DNA from: a virus
IMG/VR virus record: IMGVR_UViG_3300023179_000069
Location: 1-64,000 of that record
Reading direction: 5' to 3' (one strand)
Length of the DNA stretch: 64,000 bases
Notes under the pieces: model-generated
Database searches by the model: none
The model's input: only the letters and a program-made list of their open reading frames with translations
Told to the model about the DNA's origin: nothing
Made by a program: the position numbers and the translations under genes
Part shown: piece after piece, positions 19,001-28,109 of the stretch
Layout of the letters: each line of letters begins with the position of its first letter
How positions within the stretch are numbered: position 1 is the stretch's first letter

Positions 19001-21718
19001 AGACGAGATTTTGTTCCACAATTGATAAAATCTTTAAAAGATGTGGTTGCTCCAGAAACATATACTAGGCTTATGACAAATGAAGGTTCCATATCTGGCA
19101 AAAATGTATATAGACTTGGTTCTGGTATTGAACAGATGCAGGCTGGTTTCTTAAATGAAAGTCAATTTGTAAAATTTATGCAAAGTGATAAATATGCTAC
19201 AGATGCAATGAAAATTTTTGCTCAAAGACAAACTGATATTACAAATATTAATTCTGACATACAAAAACAAATTAATAAACTTTCTGGTGTTACAAATTTA
19301 GAAGATCAAAAATCAGCAAAAGAAAAACTTATTAAAACACATGAAAATGAAATAAAAGTAAATAATAAAAAAATCTCTCAAGAACAAAAAATGATGGAAG
19401 CAAGAAATAAAGAATATGAAGCTCTTAACAAATCAATTGAACAACAACAAGAAATAAATCAATTAAATGCTGATGTGTCAAAAGCAAAAGCCGGTGGAAA
19501 TTTAATTGATATTGCAATGGCTGAACAAGCAAGAATTTCCGGACTTTCAAAAATAGACAGAGAAAGAGCAAAAGATGCAGCAGATGCCAAAAATCAAGCT
19601 GTTATTGAAAAATTAACAAATAAAAATGAAACTCTTACAACATCTATTGATAATTTAAATACACAAATTCAAGCAATAGATGAAAAAATTGCAAAAGGTG
19701 TCGGAACAGGTAATAAAAAAGTTGAAGAAGCAATTATAAATCTTCAAAATATTCAACAGGCTGCTTCTATAGACGCATTTACACCGGAGGCCTTCCGAAA
19801 TTGGCAAAAACAAAATCCATTACAAAAGCTGGGAGAATTTCCTTCAATAGATGCTTATCTTAGAAGTTTAGGAATTTCAACTAGCGGAGTTAATACAAAA
19901 GCAATTTCAGCAGTAATTGGTGGTCGAACTGCTCCAACAGCAACAGCTTTGTCGGGAACAGCAGAAAGCAAAAAAATACAATATTACATGTATATTGATG
20001 AATCTTATCAACAACAATATGTTGCTCAAAAGGGTGGCGTATGGTATCCTGCACAATATTCAACAGCCAATAATCGCTTATATATTGCTCAAGGAGCCAA
20101 ACCTTTATCAAATACAATAATTTCTAAAATAAAAAATACTTTAACCCCTTGGCAAAATAAAGCAGACGGAGGATACATTTCCGGTCCCGGAGGTCCAACA
20201 TCAGATTCAATTCCTGTCAGATTATCCAATGGAGAATATGTAGTAAAAGCAGATTCTGTTAACAAATATGGAACGGAATTTCTTGATTCAGTTAATGCAG
20301 GTAAATATGCAGAAGGCGGTATTGTAAAAGAAGACACTTCTCCATTAGATAAAATATTAAAAAATCCACCTTCTAAATTCAGCGGCAGAAATTATCCAAG
20401 ACCTGCTAATCCTATGACTAATGATTCTAGTTATTTAAATAAAGCATATCAAATTTATAAAAAAATTCCATATTCAGAATCTAAAATGGGGCTAAGCACA
20501 GGACTCGGTTGTTCTCCCTTCACATCGTTTCTTTATTCACTTTTTGGTTATGATATTTCTGGAAATGCAAATCAACAAGCAAGATTAAAAAATGGCAGCC
20601 TTGATATTTTAAATGCTAAAAATTTAAAATCTGGAGATTTAATTTTAATAGCTTTTCCCGCTTTTAAAAAAGTTGATGAAAAAGAAATAAATGAAAGTAT
20701 CAATGATTATTTAAAAATGATGAACAAAATAAATCGTAGCAATAAATCTGAGGTTTCAAAAAAACACTGGACAGAATATTATTCAAGAAGAATTGAAAAC
20801 TTGAAATCAAGATTAAAAAAGGGTTACGAAGTTGACCCATATGAATTGCCTATGGGAGTGAATCTAGATTCATTAAAAAATATAAAAGATGAGTTTGATT
20901 CAAATTCGTTTTTTCATGCAAAAACTTGGAAGCCATATATAATGTCAGATCCATACAGTAAAAGAAAAGATAAATCTGGTAATTATATTTCTACATGGTT
21001 AGATCCAAATGCCAAGAAAGAAAAGGGCTGGAAAAGATTTAAAGATAAATCTAGAAGATTTAAAGATTATGAATTTCATCATTCAGCAATAATTTCTAAA
21101 GTTTTTAATTCATCCATGAACAGACATTCCTTAGCTTCTCTAATTGAAGCAGGCACCGATGGTCATATGGAAGATGTAGGCGCTTGGATTGGAGAGCAAC
21201 AATGGAATAACTCTCCATTAGTTTTTGATGATGGAACTATTGCAAATTTCTTAGCAGTAAAAAGATTCTTTGGCACATCATATCCTAGAAAAAAAATAGA
21301 TCCAAATAATTATCCGAAAGGAACTGTGAAATTTGCCGATGGTGGACATATAACAGGACCCGGAAGCACAACATCAGATTCAATTCCAGCCATGCTTTCA
21401 AATGGTGAGTATGTAGTTCGTGCATCATCTGTAGCTAAATATGGTGCAGATTTTATGAATTCTATTAATGAAGGAAAATATGGATTTGCAATGGGTGGGC
21501 TAGTGCCATCTAAGTTTTATGTTCCATCCATGAATACATCTGTTGCAAAATTTGCTGAAGGCGGCTTAGTTGATGGTGGTTCATATAATATTAATATAAC
21601 TGTAAATGCATCTACAATGTCTTCTGCAGATGAAATAGCATCTGCAATTAAAAAAGAATTTGGTAAAATAGAAATTAAGAAACAAATGATGTCTACATCT
21701 AGAACGGTGACTGTATAA
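13088..21718 (+). CDS. Tape measure protein with internal repeats and cargo domains including NlpC/P60
   Basis: 2876 aa after chaperones; TP901-type core; four GPGGPxxDxIPAxLSxGEYV repeats; 'GCSPFTSFLY...GDLI...HHSAI'. Confidence 0.92.
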   Translation: MSTIIDFKLIANANFAPVYSELAKIRASMASLSQSTVTSGITKGMTAGLKAAEEQMLRNISGVKGFQTETVKLSSATDRLTKSLVQSKFTLGQYMSMWGKQKSIIPELNAIAEAQSRVAQSMVVPSATRQGMAHVITAMNGMKNATLQTKIYQQALNTALRDGATSLINFGKNTQWAGRQLTAGFTMPLTIAAGLISKMFYDVDKNLTRLSRVYGAGLAKPTEETIRNIKKQIMDVSKELSKTLGISAKEVTDTAAELAAAGLSGKTLVEATRQASRIVVLGETDKQEAVKATIALQTAYRLNTEELTESVNFFNAAQAATSTNMQDLIEAVPRVGPVVKGLGGTYKDMVALLTAMKEGGVPAGEAANAIKNSLARIINPTEAAQKRLKSFGIDIKEIVAKNAGNLTGTIVSLQSQLDNLSSTQRQQAIAELFGKFQFARMVALMDNFGKVGTQSAKVIQMMGLSARDLAKIADEQTKKIQQSASGKFKIAIESIKTELIPIGEQFLKVFTFIIDKVDSVIKFFNKLGPMKNIILSILGGAAIVGPITMVIGLFANLAGQILKSVNNIRMFKQGFMSAIGQGPIAGIMAGLKGLNNYFIQIDKAQLASKALSGEVHGLVVREEQAIASLTKAIAMYRTEVERLIATQSGVRVAGNVPFFPTSAPTTSGQIIGATGRYSSPLVTPISSAMRSRQGFESEGRFVEMMHYSPYMDTARGTDVLGQGGNWQERNALGSAAIFPAIMARQGSDIQALNQIYGSKQTPTLSPRMMTPQNLQAVMAAMNIPLNAANITAAQKAFSLETIASHETGRMGSLLAMQALSTSQRAELKTIAGTHGADSAQVTAYLKSALGPEYQRIMQSVGANVLSLYEKAEKEVLSHSKFATAPIAEQVRGISTRFGELLRSQYKIIFETLDNDILNSIMVSIKVPLEEAKTTILEAARKNALARIPNLVSSAQESANVIIAAFEQLVARIRAASIEIAATTARGAIGMPMPTRLGRMANAGTISRGPFMLNTGGKITGPGGPKDDVIPAMLSDGEYVIKASSVAKYGTGFMDAINAGKYATGGLVKGYEDGSLISKTINNIKFNSSQLEAGMLDSMGLKWLEKMIAEGAFNSGFERSHKVGQGILSGISGAGKWASGWHYISPSTHNQLLGQLYRVYKNKKFQGAFTGYNNVIRMMKTNGDIVSYQDAKELLKFLNSGRLDGIVERSKDIKGQWHSFSTRGGTTSGRISESKAWLSSLIEGGEAKFNAKMSLLTGISTMSRSRNLASTQSGFSRFMSIFENTPKKFVGFRGIRAVAANGGLVRGFNAGGMEGSFIPYPEIDGVKVTPFIEANLKKALQSPMYKERMSKILQTPGEFAKWVARLEEAFLTYRPKQWARQAEFFDPYRMTTPQEQARLDQSLMLNAKRSLEHEQTRKRIEAQIAEGVRPRYYTDILGNDTPYRKWLAEFGSEEEVARYWKNMGGRRLRFIIPPLASGGKIYGAGGPTDDKIPALLSNGEYVVKADSVAKYGTGFMDALNAGKFANGGIARFAKGTPEQRMNTYLGGKDPILAEKIIGFRSSVQDTLGNFATSLKAGLLNGLNPIKESLATTSTQFKKMAISAQNNFNQLSIFNRPTQVPIGTGSGSNTFTKDQYKSVYQNYKSQYMRQGLTSEEASAQAHQSAQQHIRGITGSQPSSYSTSGVGASEKEYRLQTRNMNRGRISKFFKPNLSPEEMQSRSMRGMGLGMGISMGSMMAAGAIHGQGAGSEAARSGLMSAGMVGGILPMLAPGMGIPGIGAVLAGVAALSVGFTFLSKHLKDVKERALDADAAFKESFTIPKDEAAALGIKLKDLSKVISYAGKDTDKAKTSIDIYAQSILQQAESSDSMKRFLKTIKNAGDDPEKLNKILNDRYQTEIMLGQTMQDATTHVLAFAQVTGTAFNASSLNKMSPVQILLKANKENLGSFVASSLQNPNSSTDQLQTLFKAGGVTQRRDFVPQLIKSLKDVVAPETYTRLMTNEGSISGKNVYRLGSGIEQMQAGFLNESQFVKFMQSDKYATDAMKIFAQRQTDITNINSDIQKQINKLSGVTNLEDQKSAKEKLIKTHENEIKVNNKKISQEQKMMEARNKEYEALNKSIEQQQEINQLNADVSKAKAGGNLIDIAMAEQARISGLSKIDRERAKDAADAKNQAVIEKLTNKNETLTTSIDNLNTQIQAIDEKIAKGVGTGNKKVEEAIINLQNIQQAASIDAFTPEAFRNWQKQNPLQKLGEFPSIDAYLRSLGISTSGVNTKAISAVIGGRTAPTATALSGTAESKKIQYYMYIDESYQQQYVAQKGGVWYPAQYSTANNRLYIAQGAKPLSNTIISKIKNTLTPWQNKADGGYISGPGGPTSDSIPVRLSNGEYVVKADSVNKYGTEFLDSVNAGKYAEGGIVKEDTSPLDKILKNPPSKFSGRNYPRPANPMTNDSSYLNKAYQIYKKIPYSESKMGLSTGLGCSPFTSFLYSLFGYDISGNANQQARLKNGSLDILNAKNLKSGDLILIAFPAFKKVDEKEINESINDYLKMMNKINRSNKSEVSKKHWTEYYSRRIENLKSRLKKGYEVDPYELPMGVNLDSLKNIKDEFDSNSFFHAKTWKPYIMSDPYSKRKDKSGNYISTWLDPNAKKEKGWKRFKDKSRRFKDYEFHHSAIISKVFNSSMNRHSLASLIEAGTDGHMEDVGAWIGEQQWNNSPLVFDDGTIANFLAVKRFFGTSYPRKKIDPNNYPKGTVKFADGGHITGPGSTTSDSIPAMLSNGEYVVRASSVAKYGADFMNSINEGKYGFAMGGLVPSKFYVPSMNTSVAKFAEGGLVDGGSYNINITVNASTMSSADEIASAIKKEFGKIEIKKQMMSTSRTVTV
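16121..21506 (+). repeat. Four dispersed ~55-aa repeats inside the tape measure (~16121-16306, 17507-17690, 20159-20326, 21332-21506)
   Basis: Consensus GG.I.GPGGP.sD.IPA.LS.GEYV.KA.SVAKYG..FMD..NAGKYA.GG visible in the translation. Confidence 0.85.
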
Positions 21719-22353
21719 TGGCATGGCCTATTGGTTCAGGAATTAGTATTGGAGTATTTCCAAGTAATAGTATTTCTAATCCCCCCGCTGCTTCAGCGGC
21801 GGGATGGTATGATTTGACAGATCACAATAGACAATCAATAAACATTAGTTTTGAGCCAATTCAAAGAGAAAAAAGAATGGCAAATGGTTATATGAGAAAA
21901 TATGTCATTGCACAAAAAAGAAATGTTTCTGTAAATTGGGACATGGTTCCATCGGTAGCATCTGTTCAAACACAAATAATTACAGGTTCATCAGGATTGG
22001 GAAATGTTATTTCTAATCTTACAGTAGATGGAAGAGCGGGCGGGGCTTGGCTAAAAGAATTCTATGAAAATAATGTATTCATTCCCATCTGGATTAAAAT
22101 AACACATTCAACAGCATCTTCTACTGGTAACTATACAAATGGTTTTATTCCCACCGCTTCTGTCTATACAAGTTTAATGAATAGTGCATCTTACTTTTCC
22201 TATCCGACAGTTTCAAGCAATATTGGAAAACCTTTACTTCCTAAACAACCAGAAATATTCTTTGGATATATGACAGATTTTTCATATAATGTTCAAAAGC
22301 GTTTTAAATATACCGATTATGTTGATATGGGAATAAGGATAACTGAAATATGA
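21718..22353 (+). CDS. Minor tail protein (distal-tail-like)
   Basis: Directly after tape measure; 'LTDHNRQ...RMANGYMRKY'. Confidence 0.6.
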   Translation: MAWPIGSGISIGVFPSNSISNPPAASAAGWYDLTDHNRQSINISFEPIQREKRMANGYMRKYVIAQKRNVSVNWDMVPSVASVQTQIITGSSGLGNVISNLTVDGRAGGAWLKEFYENNVFIPIWIKITHSTASSTGNYTNGFIPTASVYTSLMNSASYFSYPTVSSNIGKPLLPKQPEIFFGYMTDFSYNVQKRFKYTDYVDMGIRITEI

Positions 22354-25300
22354 TAGGTACATCAACAGATAAGAATTTTTTTTACAATCAAAATGCAATT
22401 GAAATAAAATCAAATGTATGGATGGAGTGGAACTATAACACCATTATTCAACCATTTGTTGTTGCATCAACATATAATAAACCAGAATATATTGGGCCAG
22501 ATAGTGGATGGTCAGCCACTAACTCATCAATATCCAATGGAGTATCTTCTAAAATTTCAAGAAATCAAGCAAGGGCAATACCAACATCAGACTATAATTG
22601 GAATGCAAGGTCAAATGGATCGAACACAGTAACTAATTTTCAAATTAATGGAAATTATTCAGATATAGCTTCTTATACTCATTCATTTTCAACTATAAAG
22701 CCAGCCGGATATTATAAAATAGTTTTTTACGCCAAAGGCAAATTGCCAATTGTAAGTGGAAACTTAGGAAATGTAACAACTACAACCGCTACATACGCCG
22801 GTTCAGCAGGTACAAGTTCTGCTGTGTATGCCGTTCAAGCAGTAGGAAGATATGGACAACTTGCAAATATTTTAAATGCTAATCAATATGAATTAAAAAA
22901 TATAAATGCTATTTCAGCTACAAATCCAGTACAAGTAACTTGGACCGGAGTTGAAGGAGCAATAGGATACAATATATATAGAAAAGCAGTCAATACTTCT
23001 AAAAAATATGATACATTCGCCTATCTTGGAACAGTTCAAAATTCAACTACTACTTATTCCGATAAAGCAACTACCATTGATCCTTTTGCCAATGTTAATG
23101 TAATTGAACAAAATATTATTAATTTTACTCCACGCATTTCTTTAAAAGAAGAATTGGATAATTTAATTCCATTTAGATATGATACATATTCATCTGATAT
23201 AAATAATGGCGGACTGATTGAAGGAGAAAAAACAATTAGATTAGATGGAATAGACTGGCAAAAAATAGAAATATACATTTACTCTCAGCAAGATTTCAAA
23301 AAAATTAATTTTGATTTTATGATAAACTCTTTCTTCTTAGAACCAACAGTTCAAGTAAGTCCAATGTGGATATATGAAATTTCTGAATCAGATTATTATA
23401 ATAGAAAATATTTTCCATTAGAATCAATATTTTCGGGTAAAAGGCCCGGAGAAGCACTTTTAAACCCATTCATAAACAATTTTGACAATAGTGATAATTT
23501 TAATTATTACAGAGATGTTTCTAGTGTAGATACTGCTTATAGTAGAAGAAAATTATCATATTCTTTTATGAATGTTTCTAATATTTATGAACAGGCAACA
23601 GATCAAAGCGGAATGTTTCAAATTATTCCTGATAGAGAAAGCAAGTATAAATATTATATTTCTGATATTTCCGGCGACGACAAAGGAATTTCTGCTTATT
23701 ACGATCAATACCTATCAGTAAATAAAATATACATTAAGACAAATAATGTATTTTCTCAATATTCAACTGCATTAAATACATCTTCTTTTACAATTTATTT
23801 TAATAAATCAGATGGAACAGCATCTTCATATTTATACACAAACGCTTTAAATTTTGATTCAAATGGCATATCAGTATTTTATTATAAAGACAACACTTGG
23901 TACAACACATCTGGAAGCGCATTTAGTGCATGCATTCAATATGCAGCATCTGTAAATTCTACAGCCAACGGCGGCTGGCTACCCCCAACAATAGGAAATA
24001 ATGGGCAAATAGATTCTGCACAAATTCTTACTCAAATGACTGGCCTAGCATTTAAATATGATACTAAATCATTAATGGGCGAAACCGAAGATAATAGATT
24101 ACACCTAGTAGAAATATCACCAAGACTTGAAATAGACATTACAGATTATGTTGAATCATATAATATTTCAAAAGAAATGTCGAATGAAGATTCAGGAAAT
24201 GATTTCCCATTAGGATTTATCACATCAAATTCTGGTGAAATTGTTATAAATAATTTTCCAGTGTACTATAACAATAAACCATTTTCTATTTTTGAAAATA
24301 GAAATTCACAAACATTTTTATATGATCTATTGACTCAAAATGTAAAATTTACGGGATATTTTAGATCAACAGTTGATAGAGCAGATTTTACAAAAATTAT
24401 TCCATCTTTTGTTATGTATGCAGAAAATTGGTCAGCGGAAGACATTAATAATCTTACTGTTACTATTTTTGATGCCATGAAACCATATTTACAATCTAAT
24501 GAATCTGCTCAATATGTGGCTTCATCCGAAAGTCTTGATACCGTTATTAATCATCTTTTTGCAATTTCTGGATTTAGTGATTATAGTAGAGCTGAATTAA
24601 ATAAAGTATGTAAAAATAAAACACAATCAGGGTACTTCTGGACAGAAGAATCAAAAACAGTTGCTCAATGTTTACAGGAATTATTTATATCAAATCAAAT
24701 AGGATGCTATTTAGATGAAACAGGATTTATGAGATTTATTGATATAGATTCAATTATTGATAAAAAAATAAATGATAGTTTAACAACAAATTTTGATATT
24801 TCAGATATAAAATCTTCAAACTTTCCTTACTTGCCAAACCTTATAGATAATTCATATCAAGAAACATTAGGTACAACAATTGGAAAAATTATTATAAATT
24901 ATAGACTTCCAAATTCTTTTACAAGTCCCGCTGTTTTGCCAAATCAAAGTTCTTTTTCAGAACAATTAAAAAACATCTCTGGTGTGTTTTCTGAAGAATC
25001 TAATTTAGCATTAGGTCATACTCTTTTAAGCGCAAGTTTTTCAAGTTCAGATCTTGATCTTCAAATTAATAATACATATCTTGAAAAACCAAGAAATAAT
25101 CCGGGAACGCAAACGGGAGACTTCTTTGTTGGTTGTGAAGCAGTAAAATTAGATGGGCATAAATATTCATTTGTAGTATCAGGAAGTCCCGGATATAATT
25201 TCCAAAAAATAATTAGATATGATTCTGATATCAATAATGCAGTACAAGAAGTTGTGGGTCAATTTGGCAAGTTGGGTTCTAATGTAAAATATTCTCCAAC

Positions 25301-26813
25301 TGGTTATTTCCCATCAGTAATTCGTGGATGCTATGGAACTGCAGTATTGGATCATCCAATAATTAAAGATAATAATGCATCTACATATTTTACAAAATAT
25401 CCTAATGCAACTTTTAAAAAGGGTGCTTGTGAAATAACCCTATCCGATGGTACAAGTTTTATTGTTCCAAATTTGAGTGCAAAATTAACTAATTCCGGCA
25501 ACACGGGAATTCATAATCATTTTTCTTTTACATTTCAAGCGTTGGATACAAATTCTAAATCTGGCGCGGTAGGAATTGCATATTATTATGATCCAGACAA
25601 TTCAAATAGTGATTATTTATTATTTTTAATTGAAAAAAATATTGGTTCTGACAATAAAGAACAAAGTTCAAAATTTTATATTAAAACAAAAATTAATGGA
25701 AAGGTTAAACTTATTTCATTAAACAATTCATTGCCATTTATTTCATTGCAAAAAAAATTATTTGATAAAAATGAACATAGATTTTCAATATGGCTAAATG
25801 ACAATGAAATAATAATTAGAACAGATGATAGTAGTAGTGTAATAAAAGTAAAAGTTGATAAAAGCTTATATTCAGTATATAATGGATCTTACAAGCCAGC
25901 ATTTTTCTTTTCTACGCAAAACGCTTACGGCACAAGCTTAGATAAAAAATCACAATCTATAAGATTTAAAGAATTTTATGCAGCAGACTGGCCCAAGATT
26001 TTAAAACCTAAAGAATCTGGAATTTTTGATTTAAAAAATAATCCAAAATATCATATTCAAACTGAAACATTTTTATCAAATATTATGAAAGGTGTTAATA
26101 ATGAGCCAGCCTATTATTTGTGGCAAGATTATCCTAAATTGATCGGCATGAAAGCATACAAAAATGAAAAATTTCAATCTGCACCAGCCCTGAATGAAAT
26201 AATTCAATCAGATTTTAATGGATATTCGATGGGCTGGACAAAATCATCTTTAACTCAAGATCCTGTTTTAAGTGTAGGAAGTAAAGCTTTGGCAACATCT
26301 ATAATTGAATCTTATCCCTTTATGTTTAGTCAAATGCTTGTTAATAATACAAGCCCACTAAATAGATTTAGAACGGTTATTTTTTTAAAAGCTAATGGAG
26401 ATAGTGTTCCGGGAGAAGAAGGAAACTCAATTTCAGTAAGTCCATATCAAATAAGAAGCCAAAGATTATTTTTTACATCTGATAAAAAGTATGAAAGAGT
26501 TATTGATTTCAACCATATTAATAATAGTATTGTTATGAATACTAGATGGATTCAAAGTGAAAAAGATGCAAAACAATTAACCAAAAAGATTTCTGCAATT
26601 CTTCCACAATTTAATTCTACCTTACAGCTCGAAATATTTGGTAATCCATTATTACAAGTTGGAGATGTCGTTGGACTATGGTATTCATTAAAAAATTTAG
26701 GATTTGATGCTAATGGCAATTCAGCAGATTCTTTAAAATATTTAGTTGTTGGAGTAAGACAATTTTGGGATGGGGGGCTGAATACACAATTATCATTGAA
26801 ACCCATAAAATGA
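22350..26813 (+). CDS. Large tail tip/baseplate hub protein
   Basis: 1487 aa; Fn3-like 'VTWTGVEGAIGYNIYR'; C-terminal 'IFGNPLLQVGDVV' typical of hub proteins. Confidence 0.7.
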   Translation: MIGTSTDKNFFYNQNAIEIKSNVWMEWNYNTIIQPFVVASTYNKPEYIGPDSGWSATNSSISNGVSSKISRNQARAIPTSDYNWNARSNGSNTVTNFQINGNYSDIASYTHSFSTIKPAGYYKIVFYAKGKLPIVSGNLGNVTTTTATYAGSAGTSSAVYAVQAVGRYGQLANILNANQYELKNINAISATNPVQVTWTGVEGAIGYNIYRKAVNTSKKYDTFAYLGTVQNSTTTYSDKATTIDPFANVNVIEQNIINFTPRISLKEELDNLIPFRYDTYSSDINNGGLIEGEKTIRLDGIDWQKIEIYIYSQQDFKKINFDFMINSFFLEPTVQVSPMWIYEISESDYYNRKYFPLESIFSGKRPGEALLNPFINNFDNSDNFNYYRDVSSVDTAYSRRKLSYSFMNVSNIYEQATDQSGMFQIIPDRESKYKYYISDISGDDKGISAYYDQYLSVNKIYIKTNNVFSQYSTALNTSSFTIYFNKSDGTASSYLYTNALNFDSNGISVFYYKDNTWYNTSGSAFSACIQYAASVNSTANGGWLPPTIGNNGQIDSAQILTQMTGLAFKYDTKSLMGETEDNRLHLVEISPRLEIDITDYVESYNISKEMSNEDSGNDFPLGFITSNSGEIVINNFPVYYNNKPFSIFENRNSQTFLYDLLTQNVKFTGYFRSTVDRADFTKIIPSFVMYAENWSAEDINNLTVTIFDAMKPYLQSNESAQYVASSESLDTVINHLFAISGFSDYSRAELNKVCKNKTQSGYFWTEESKTVAQCLQELFISNQIGCYLDETGFMRFIDIDSIIDKKINDSLTTNFDISDIKSSNFPYLPNLIDNSYQETLGTTIGKIIINYRLPNSFTSPAVLPNQSSFSEQLKNISGVFSEESNLALGHTLLSASFSSSDLDLQINNTYLEKPRNNPGTQTGDFFVGCEAVKLDGHKYSFVVSGSPGYNFQKIIRYDSDINNAVQEVVGQFGKLGSNVKYSPTGYFPSVIRGCYGTAVLDHPIIKDNNASTYFTKYPNATFKKGACEITLSDGTSFIVPNLSAKLTNSGNTGIHNHFSFTFQALDTNSKSGAVGIAYYYDPDNSNSDYLLFLIEKNIGSDNKEQSSKFYIKTKINGKVKLISLNNSLPFISLQKKLFDKNEHRFSIWLNDNEIIIRTDDSSSVIKVKVDKSLYSVYNGSYKPAFFFSTQNAYGTSLDKKSQSIRFKEFYAADWPKILKPKESGIFDLKNNPKYHIQTETFLSNIMKGVNNEPAYYLWQDYPKLIGMKAYKNEKFQSAPALNEIIQSDFNGYSMGWTKSSLTQDPVLSVGSKALATSIIESYPFMFSQMLVNNTSPLNRFRTVIFLKANGDSVPGEEGNSISVSPYQIRSQRLFFTSDKKYERVIDFNHINNSIVMNTRWIQSEKDAKQLTKKISAILPQFNSTLQLEIFGNPLLQVGDVVGLWYSLKNLGFDANGNSADSLKYLVVGVRQFWDGGLNTQLSLKPIK

Positions 26814-26829
26814 TATAATGTGAATAATC

Positions 26830-27213
26830 ATGTCAACATATAATATACCAAATCCAGATAAATATATTAATCCTAATACGGTCAATTTTACTAAATTTAT
26901 TAAAATTTTTGCAGATGACCCTAGGAATAATCCCGCATTTTTATCTGCTAATCCCAATGTTGTTGTTATTGATGTACCATATGATCCTGATAATGAAAAC
27001 AATGTATTCTATGATGATTATGATATAGATTTTGATAATACAAACTCAGATAATTCAAATAGTACAACCATTGAATCTCCTAAAAATTTATCAATTGGTA
27101 ATTTTGAAACAAAAATTTCTAATGATGGTAATGTTTACTATACCGCAACTCTAACATTTGATGATATAGATTATGCTGTGGATTATGAATATGTTTTGGA
27201 GATTTCACAATGA
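26830..27213 (+). CDS. Hypothetical tail-region protein
   Basis: 127-aa acidic ORF preceded by TGATATAAT (26811-26819). Confidence 0.6.
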   Translation: MSTYNIPNPDKYINPNTVNFTKFIKIFADDPRNNPAFLSANPNVVVIDVPYDPDNENNVFYDDYDIDFDNTNSDNSNSTTIESPKNLSIGNFETKISNDGNVYYTATLTFDDIDYAVDYEYVLEISQ

Positions 27214-28109
27214 TAAATGGATATTATGTATTAAAATCAGGTGAAGATTTTGTTGCAAGTTCTAAAAATGTCATTACAACAAATGGTTATTTAATGATGA
27301 ATAAATATCTTGCCAATTCTACACAAGATTGGTCGGCGGGAATAGCAATTGGAGTATTAAATAGAAATTCTGCCTCAGCATCAGATACAGCACTAGAATA
27401 TGAAATAGCAAGATATCCAGTAACATTAAAATCATATAGAACAATAAGTGGTTCAAATCAAATTTTACTTAAAGCAACAGTAGATCCAACATTATCAGCA
27501 TCAATTACTGAAATAGGAGTTTTTCCATCAATCGTGATTGGAAAAGATCAGTATATAGTTAGTGATTTTTCTGAAAGTTCTAATTCAATTAATACATGGA
27601 CAGCATCAGGCTCTACAAGTTCATTGCAATTTGCCCCATATTCAAGATATGGCGCAAGCAACACATTCTTTTTTGCTTCTAATAGTTTTCTTGTTAATAA
27701 CAATATTTCTTTTGATATGTCTCAATATGTTTATACAGATTATGCAGATCTTCTTATCTATACCCCTGCAAGTTCATCGGGAACATTTCAAATTTCCTTC
27801 GGAGATGTAAATGGAAATATTTGGAGAAGTGGGTCAGGAACAGCTAGCATTTCCGGTGCAGGATATTATTCAGTAAAAATGCCATTAAGTGGTTCATATA
27901 ACTCTTCTTTTAATTATTCTATTAATTCAGTATCAATTAGTTTTTTGACAACATCAACTGCTAGTTTACATTTTGATGCGCTTAAATTTATATCCGGAGA
28001 TGTAAAACCAGAAACTTTAAAATTAACAAGTAGAAGCATTTTTAGTACACCAATTGCTAAAATTGCTAATCAACCAATGCAATTAGAATATTATATGCAG
28101 GTGACTTAA
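27210..28109 (+). CDS. Minor tail/baseplate protein
   Basis: 'KNVITTNG', 'DTALEYEIAR', 'ITEIGVF' motifs found in tail-fibre-proximal proteins. Confidence 0.55.
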   Translation: MINGYYVLKSGEDFVASSKNVITTNGYLMMNKYLANSTQDWSAGIAIGVLNRNSASASDTALEYEIARYPVTLKSYRTISGSNQILLKATVDPTLSASITEIGVFPSIVIGKDQYIVSDFSESSNSINTWTASGSTSSLQFAPYSRYGASNTFFFASNSFLVNNNISFDMSQYVYTDYADLLIYTPASSSGTFQISFGDVNGNIWRSGSGTASISGAGYYSVKMPLSGSYNSSFNYSINSVSISFLTTSTASLHFDALKFISGDVKPETLKLTSRSIFSTPIAKIANQPMQLEYYMQVT

